From contig NC_087251.1 of assembly GCF_037042905.1 (NCBI RefSeq), positions 38,690,001-38,754,000 on the forward strand: 64,000 nt of DNA, written 5' to 3'. Origin of the DNA: Lytechinus pictus (taxonomy: Eukaryota). The notes beneath the pieces are model-generated. The model did no database searches. It was not told where the DNA came from and saw only the letters and a list, made by a program, of their open reading frames with translations. A program made the translations under genes and the position numbers. Shown here piece by piece: positions 57,285 to 64,000 of this stretch; positions within the stretch are counted from its first letter, which is position 1, and each line of letters begins with the position of its first letter.

Positions 57285-59612
57285 ATGGCGAGCAACATAC
57301 CAAGAATCAAAATCAACTTTTGTTCGTCTGAGGAATTGATGAGTCTGCCCGGAGTGGGTATGGCCACCGCCAACCGCATTCTACACGCGAGGGAGGCGGC
57401 CGACATTACTCCGGATACATTCTTGTCAATACCTCACATACCGAAGGCGGAACTATTAGTTTACGCCTTTGACTATGAGCCAACAACAACGGCTCATAAT
57501 GTGGACCGCAGAGAAGTGCGCTCCGAAGTAGACGAGCCTTCTACGAGCGTTCCACTGATACCATCAAAGGAGCCCCCCGTGAGCCAGGCGTTTGAGGCTT
57601 GGCCACAGCACACCCGTGCACATAGCACTCGGGGTGCTGTAGGCCAGTCTTCTCAGACACAGGACGGGGAGGCCCCCTTATTTTTCACAGGGGGGAGGCC
57701 AGGTGGCGCTTGTACTCAGCAGCCTTCGGCCTCTCCAGAAGATAGGGCTAAGTCCCTCTGGGCTAACCAATTTGGATTTTTAGGATGGAACGATGGCCTG
57801 TTCCCACCACAGGGTCCCCACCAAGTTACCCCACCAGGACCCCAGTTCCAATGTGGTCCTCGTGCCCAGGTAGCTACCCCACCAGGACCCCAGTTCCAAT
57901 TTGGTCCTCATGCCCAAGTAGATTTGCATGGTCAGGCTCCCGGTACTCAGGGTGGCCGACCAGCAATGTTCAATCAAACAACCCAGACACCTCCACATAG
58001 CTATCCACAGGCCGTTCCACACTTTACACAAGCACAGTACGAGGAAATGTATGGCGTGATGTTTAGGATGATGCAGATGATGCCATTCGGAGGAACTGGA
58101 CAGCCAGCTCCTCCATACTGCAACCCTGCTGCCGCCTACGGTGGGTATTGCCCACCATGGGCTGGAGGCAGATATCCGCCACACTATCCTAACACTGTGG
58201 CCCCGCAAACCTCTCCCCAAGGACCATGTGACTTGCAATATGGGGGTAGCAACCCTGTGTATCAAGGCGCTGGACCTCAAGGAGATGGACATGGAGGCCC
58301 AGTATACAGTGAACATAGAAATACCACAAGGCCATCAGTAAGTCCTGGATACTTGGGGCTGCCAACAAGAAATCAGCCGCCCCGCGTCACCAGACTTTCT
58401 TCGGCCTCAAGACCTGTGGTACCAGAGTATGACGACAGAAGGCCCCCTTCTAGACCAACCTCTTTGCCGAAGACCATTTCGTTCGACGGCAAAGGAAGTT
58501 GGGCGGCCTTCTATTCGAAGTTCCAACTTTACACCGAAAGACATGGCATGTCTGATGCAGACAAGAAATATCAGCTGTGTCTGGCGTTGGAGGCCGAAGC
58601 CAGTAAGTTCATGGCCCTCATCCAGGAGAGCAATCCAAATATCGCCTTCTCTGACTTGGTTACCAAGTTGGAGAAGCGGTTCGCTCTCCAGGAGGAGCCG
58701 GAAGTTACTCGGATGCAATTTCAATCGGCTTTTCAACGCTCGGATGAAGACATCATCAAGTGGGCAGATAGGCTTATGACCCTTGCAGGTCAGGCCTTCG
58801 TAGGCCTACCTGACAAGTTCGTCCAAGAACTTGTAGTGGCAAGGTTCTGCCAAGGTGCCCAAGACAAAGATGCAGGGCATCATGTCCTGACTTCTCGGCC
58901 TGGGACATTAGATGAAGCCATGACCAAGTACAAATGGTTTCAGTTTACCCAGAAGACCATGCAGAAGCATGGCCCTAGGCTGAGAAACGAAGTAAGGCAG
59001 CTCTCTGTAGGAGAAGATAAGAATGACCTCAGGGTACAAGAGTCGTCTCCTCCGGAAGCTGCCACCAAAGGAAATTCTAGCCTTGAGGCTAGAATCAGTG
59101 CTCTGGAGGCTCAGAATGCAATGTGGGCCTCCAAGATGGATTCGATGGTTGCTGCAATCACGGATCTGTCTCGGAGTACTAAAGAACTTTTGTCGGTGTC
59201 AAGAGGCCAGCCGAGTTACTCCTCCGGCCGTGCCCCTGTCACACCTGAAAGACCAAAATATACCTCCGGCCGAGCTCTGGGAACACCGGACAGACCAAAG
59301 TATACCTCTGGTCGAGCTCCGGGTACATCAGACAGGCCGAGGTATACCTCTAATAGAACGCCGGATCGGTCAGAAGGAGGCAGAAGACCATCTTCGGGCC
59401 TTCCACCAACCGATCGGCAGCGAAACTTCGCAGGCTGCTTCAACTGTGGGGAAGAAGGCCATTTCAGTAGGGCCTGCCCCAGAGGGAGATCGCCTGCTCA
59501 GAACAGACGACTTAGGGCTGTCACCTTCAAGGAGGAGGGAAATGGACAGGGATTGGAGGAGATGGGGAATCCCCGATCCGATCACAGATCCCCACCATCT
59601 CCATTCCATTAA
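57285..59612 (+). CDS. gag: Gag-like protein: N-terminal HhH, Pro/Gln/Gly-rich linker, capsid-like region, coiled coil, 14-aa repeats, CCHC knuckle
   Basis: ATG in AAGATGG context; KINFCSSEELMSLPGVG..ANRI; FDGKGSWAAFYSKF; CFNCGEEGHFSRAC. Confidence 0.9.
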   Translation: MASNIPRIKINFCSSEELMSLPGVGMATANRILHAREAADITPDTFLSIPHIPKAELLVYAFDYEPTTTAHNVDRREVRSEVDEPSTSVPLIPSKEPPVSQAFEAWPQHTRAHSTRGAVGQSSQTQDGEAPLFFTGGRPGGACTQQPSASPEDRAKSLWANQFGFLGWNDGLFPPQGPHQVTPPGPQFQCGPRAQVATPPGPQFQFGPHAQVDLHGQAPGTQGGRPAMFNQTTQTPPHSYPQAVPHFTQAQYEEMYGVMFRMMQMMPFGGTGQPAPPYCNPAAAYGGYCPPWAGGRYPPHYPNTVAPQTSPQGPCDLQYGGSNPVYQGAGPQGDGHGGPVYSEHRNTTRPSVSPGYLGLPTRNQPPRVTRLSSASRPVVPEYDDRRPPSRPTSLPKTISFDGKGSWAAFYSKFQLYTERHGMSDADKKYQLCLALEAEASKFMALIQESNPNIAFSDLVTKLEKRFALQEEPEVTRMQFQSAFQRSDEDIIKWADRLMTLAGQAFVGLPDKFVQELVVARFCQGAQDKDAGHHVLTSRPGTLDEAMTKYKWFQFTQKTMQKHGPRLRNEVRQLSVGEDKNDLRVQESSPPEAATKGNSSLEARISALEAQNAMWASKMDSMVAAITDLSRSTKELLSVSRGQPSYSSGRAPVTPERPKYTSGRALGTPDRPKYTSGRAPGTSDRPRYTSNRTPDRSEGGRRPSSGLPPTDRQRNFAGCFNCGEEGHFSRACPRGRSPAQNRRLRAVTFKEEGNGQGLEEMGNPRSDHRSPPSPFH

Positions 59613-60166
59613 AGGACAGCCTCATGCCACAAGACCATGGTAGCTCACGGGCACCGGACTCACAAGCAAGTCCAGGGAGCCCAAAATTCTCTGAGGTAAT
59701 AGATGTTCCTTGGAGGAATCCACCATGGCCACCAGACATTCCTGGTGAGGTTAAAGATCAAGATATTGAAGTAGTCATTTGTAGAATTATGTCTACTTCA
59801 ACATTGAGTGTTGGGTTGACAGTTGGCAAAGAGCCCATTACATCTGTTTTGGACACTGCGGCAGCTGTCACCATTATATCAGATAGGCTATTCAAACGCC
59901 TCCAGCCTCGGCCGCCCATCCTTAAGCGTGTAATCCTTAAGGGGGCTGGCCGAGACATGAAAATGGACGGCATGGTGGTAGGGCCTATCAATATCAAGCT
60001 GGGTGCCCAAATACTCAGCGAGAAGATTTATGTAGCTCCGATAGCAGATGAGATGTTGTTTGGCGTTGACTTGTTACGAAAACACAATGCCAATATTAGC
60101 ATCCCAAATGCTATCTTAACTATGAATGGTGAAGACCTACCAATCATACAAAGAGAAGATCCATAA
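59543..60166 (+). CDS. Retropepsin-like aspartic protease in the -1 frame relative to gag
   Basis: VGKEPITSVLDTAAAVTIIS..LFGVDLL; frame open from the slippery site G GGA AAT (59537-59543). Confidence 0.85.
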   Translation, partial: WTGIGGDGESPIRSQIPTISIPLKDSLMPQDHGSSRAPDSQASPGSPKFSEVIDVPWRNPPWPPDIPGEVKDQDIEVVICRIMSTSTLSVGLTVGKEPITSVLDTAAAVTIISDRLFKRLQPRPPILKRVILKGAGRDMKMDGMVVGPINIKLGAQILSEKIYVAPIADEMLFGVDLLRKHNANISIPNAILTMNGEDLPIIQREDP

Positions 60167-60557
60167 AACAAGGTGATATGATTGGGAAGGCTTATAAGTC
60201 TTGATTGTAGGACCTGACGTAGAACCCTCAGAATGTGTCCCATTGTGGATACTCATGAATCAGGTCTATACTCTTCATCTTCTGGATCCCTGGAGCCGCT
60301 CTATTGAGGGGCTGGCCCCAGGGGAACAGGAGTTGAGAAGGTTTCTACTTAAAAAGAAATAGATTGGTACACCTTGTCGATTGATTAGACAAAGATGTGC
60401 CATCAAGTCAAAGACAAAGGGTCCCAAATGAGGCTGTTGAATCTTTTCCTGTAATGTGCATGGAAACATCCTTCAACAAAGCCACTTCATTTGAGATCCA
60501 AATAGTTGACCCAGCTGAGGTGGCAGAGGAACCGCCTTCTGACGATTTAGTAAGATC

Positions 60558-60970
60558 ATGCGGAACCAATTCCTCGAGCCCCCCTGCAAGTGGTTAACAT
60601 ACAAGAAAGAGCCGGCTGAAGAGACTCTGTTTCTCCTCCCGCCAGAGGGAAAGTTTTTGTGGACAAACAGGGAACTCTTCTACCTTTATAGAGAAGGAGT
60701 TATCTTGATGGAGCAGGATGAGCGTCATGTCATGATGATTTCTGAATCACTACGACATTACATCATCCAGCTTAGTCATGATCCTCCTTCAGCAGGGCAT
60801 GCTGGGATCGGTAGCTCTCGGTAATACCGATACGGCATGTTGGAAGACACTCATATCTGCATATAGCCAGGTGTGCAACTTGTAATACAAGAAAGCGACC
60901 CGTTCTGGGAGGCATCCTACGAAACGTTTTCATGTGAGCGCCCCCTCGGAATGTGTCCATCTTGAATTCA
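60558..60970 (+). pseudogene. Degenerate integrase N-terminal (HHCC zinc-binding) remnant
   Basis: LRHYIIQLSHDPPSAGHAG, then after a frameshift ARCATCNTRK and APSECVHLEF; catalytic core not seen. Confidence 0.7.
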
Positions 60971-61789
60971 CTATCAATCCTGGTTATGACAGATTAAAGC
61001 AAGGGAGTTCTATTGCCTCGAATAACAGGGCAATGCTACTCCCTTGCACCTGTCTCTGCCTGCCACTGTGCAAATCGATTTATTTTATAGGATGTGTATC
61101 TCAATGCGATACAAGAAATATAAAACGAATGCCTATAATATCATCTATAATTCATTACCCAATTAATTTGTATGCATCCCTTATAGTTTATATATTGATA
61201 AAAATAGATTAGTTAGTTGGTTGATCACACCCTATATGCATATATGTATATATTCATTGATTTAAATATTTGTTTCTTTTACTAAGGTACATAGATAAGC
61301 GTAGTGAGCTTATTTAGTTTATATCAAGGCAGAGACAAGGTAAGAATATTTTGTATGATTTGGTAATGATGTATATATTGATGTATATATTTGTGTTATA
61401 TTTATGTTCATGAACAAATAAGAAAAGAAAAAAGAAAAAGATCACAAAAAGATCACAGAGAAAGAAAAGAAAAAGATCACAAAAGAAAATAAAAGATTAC
61501 AGAAGAAGAAAAGAAAAAAAAAAATCACAGACGAAAACAGAATCAAGGAGAAAAGAAACAGAAAACGAAAGAAGAAAAGAAAGAAAAAAAGAGATCAAAG
61601 AATAAGAAAAAAAAAGGAAAGAAAAAGATATGATCAAGAAAAAAAAAAAAAGAGGAAAAACAAATGAATTACGTTGATGAATATTTTATGTTTAGGGTTA
61701 CCTTATGTTAGGTTGAGTTGTACCTTATGTTAAGTATGTCAAGTTATATAGAAAATGGGCCACCCAATTTTTTTTAGGGTGGGGGGAAG

Positions 61790-62070
61790 TATGGTGTTAG
61801 GGGATTAGTAGTAATTAAGCACACAACATCACATGACCCACCGGCGGGACGAACCGTAACACAAGACCCGCATTCAGCTTTACAACACACACATACCGGT
61901 ATTCTACACACGCCACTCAACCACATCATTCCATACCCAACCCCCGGTCGTAGCGGACCTGTCACAGTGCCTGGATAGAATACAAGAATAAGGTAAGGCT
62001 TTCTCCCGGTGTGAAGTTTATATGTGTATAGCGAGTGTATTATTATTTATGTTATCGGCCCCCCGCTTTA
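61790..62070 (+). repeat. 3' LTR (281 bp)
   Basis: Direct repeat of 55560-55836, preceded by the purine tract AGGGTGGGGGGAAG (61776-61789). Confidence 0.93.
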
Positions 62071-63269
62071 GGGGAGACAATCTCCCACATTGGAGACTTG
62101 CTTTGCAAAACGACAAAAGAAACAACACCAACAAAAGCATGATTTTTTCCATCCAAAATTTTGTGTCACTGAGGTCAGAAGCCCATTTGTTTTGTGTGTG
62201 ATTGACAACAAAAATCCTTATAAAAACAAAAGTAGACGGTGAAATTTTATAGTAGACCTGCGACCGATACGGGTGTAGAGTAAGATATTAAGTCAATCAT
62301 CTTTTTCGTTATATTTTTTTTGTTTAATTTTTACGATTATCATGATTGCCATCCCACCTTTGTGACTCGGTATATCTGAAATGGTTCACGGTCCCGATGT
62401 TCGGGTAGGTGGAGCAGAGTGTAGCGGTAGTGAAGCTTGCACGAACATCGCCTGAGGTAGGTATAGTATAGCTTTGTTGTCTTTTCCCTTTTTTTGGTTA
62501 AAAGAATAAAAACCTATTATTAACGAGACGTTCTTCTCTCTTCTGAGTCTTCATACAAAATTTTGCTCCCGCGCTCTGCGTGGGAAAAATATAAAAATTG
62601 CCATTCCCTTTTGTTTCCCCACACCTTTTTTCTACTCTGTTTTTCCCCTTCCCGGCTGTGGGAATCGTATATTCTTGTATACCATGTATGTATACATGGG
62701 TGTAAAGAGTATGTATTTTTTCAAATATTGCATTGACACAAAAGTTAGGCTTTTCTGTTAAGAGCGGATAAACATTATTGTCACTCCCCAATTCCCCAAA
62801 TGCTACTTCTTCCGCTTTTCAGCAAGTAATTTTTGGCAAAGTATCTGCTCAAAGGGGGAGGCATTAAATTTGTGCCGTGCTATATGCAAAATTATGTACG
62901 ATATTATACTTTATCAGGGTGCTACATAACTTTTTTGAAGCACTTGCCCAGTCGGGCAAGTAAATATTCAAATAGTTGGAAAATACTTGCCCGAATATAG
63001 ATTTCACTTGCCCGAAAAAATCCTTCAAAACAAAGTTTTATTGCTTCAAAAGAAGTTACATATGTATAAGCTTACGGTTTTACATACCATACCATTGACG
63101 GCTTTATTAATATATTTTTCAACATGACTACTGATGAACCTTGTAGCTGTATTTCTTTTTTTTTAATGACTTTTATCTTGTACATCATGACAAAATATAT
63201 GGTCAATATGCTCTTTAATTAATTTCCTAATCTCATATATTTTCCATATATTTTGGAGGGGACTAGGAC

Positions 63270-64000
63270 ACACAATAAAAAAAGGGAAAAATCACTGAAA
63301 ATAACCAGAGAAAAAAAAACAGAAATTAAGAGAGAGAGAATGGCTGCCGGGAAGAGAAAGATGGAAAGAAAGAAAGAAAGGAAGAAAGAAAAAGAAAGAA
63401 AGAAAAAAGAAAGAAAAGAAAAGGAACGAATAAAGAAAGAAAGGTAAAAGGAAAGAAAGGAAGAAAGAAAAGAGAAAAAGAAAAGGTAAAGGATGGATGG
63501 AAGGAAGAGAAAGGGAAAGAAATCAAACAAGAGAAAGAAAAGAAGAAATAAAAGGTAAAAGGATAGATGGAAGGAAGGGAAAAAAAGAAAGAAAAAAGAA
63601 AAATAGAATGAAAGACAGAAAGAAATGAATGAAGGAAAGAGATGAAGGAAGGCAGAAAAAAAAATAAGAAAGAAAAGAAAGGATGGATGGAAAATAAAAG
63701 AAAGATCAAAAGAACGAAAGACAGAAATAAAAAAAATCAGAAAGAAAGAAGGAAAGAAAGGAAGATGGAAGGAAGGAAAAAAAGAAGGAAAGAAAGGAAG
63801 ATGGAAGGAAGGAAAAAAAGAAAGAAAGAAAAGAAAGATAGAATGAAAGACAGAAAGAAATGAAGGAAGGAATGAAGGAAAGAAATAAAGAAAGAAAAGA
63901 AAGAATGAAAGGGATGAAGAAAGTAAGGAAGAAAAAAAAGAAAGGAAGAAAAGGTTAAGAATGGATGGATCGACAGAAGGAAAATGGTAAGAAAGAATGA
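63270..64000 (+). repeat. Purine-rich (GAAA/GGAA) low-complexity repeat
   Basis: Almost exclusively A/G for more than 700 bp. Confidence 0.95.

Larger units (their letters stand above)
55560..62070 (+). mobile_element. Non-autonomous Gypsy/Ty3-type LTR retrotransposon (gag and protease intact, RT/RNase H not found, integrase remnant)
   Basis: Two LTRs, GGGG target duplication (55556-55559 and 62071-62074), PBS, PPT, Gag with CCHC knuckle, aspartic protease. Confidence 0.93.

Noticed and set aside
59023..59643. 206-aa overlapping ORF in another gag frame
   Set aside because: No recognisable motif; likely a by-product of GC-rich repetitive coding sequence
63219..63863. Phe/Ser-rich and Lys/Arg/Glu-rich ORFs
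   Set aside because: Translations of a GA-rich simple repeat

Overview
AT-rich, intron-rich animal genomic DNA; the repeat families suggest a marine invertebrate, possibly a sea urchin (inference only). Main contents: (1) the last coding exon and 3' UTR of a kindlin/fermitin gene on + (726-1031); (2) a complete RALGAPB gene on -, reconstructed by hand as 27 coding exons (54813 down to 7237) with consistent splice phases, about 1559 aa including a 51-nt candidate cassette exon and one GC-AG intron; (3) a 5'-truncated Penelope-like element in a RALGAPB intron, ending in a minimal hammerhead-ribozyme-like motif; (4) a 6.5-kb non-autonomous Gypsy-type LTR element just upstream of RALGAPB. That element has an intact Gag with an N-terminal ComEA-like helix-hairpin-helix, a -1 frameshift signal into protease, no recognisable RT/RNase H, TA...TA ends, and LTRs identical except for one swapped ~30-nt block and two adjacent SNPs. 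The introns hold many MITEs, SINEs and nested DNA transposons, and several exon boundaries are tandemly duplicated. All homology calls come from recalled family motifs; no searches were run.
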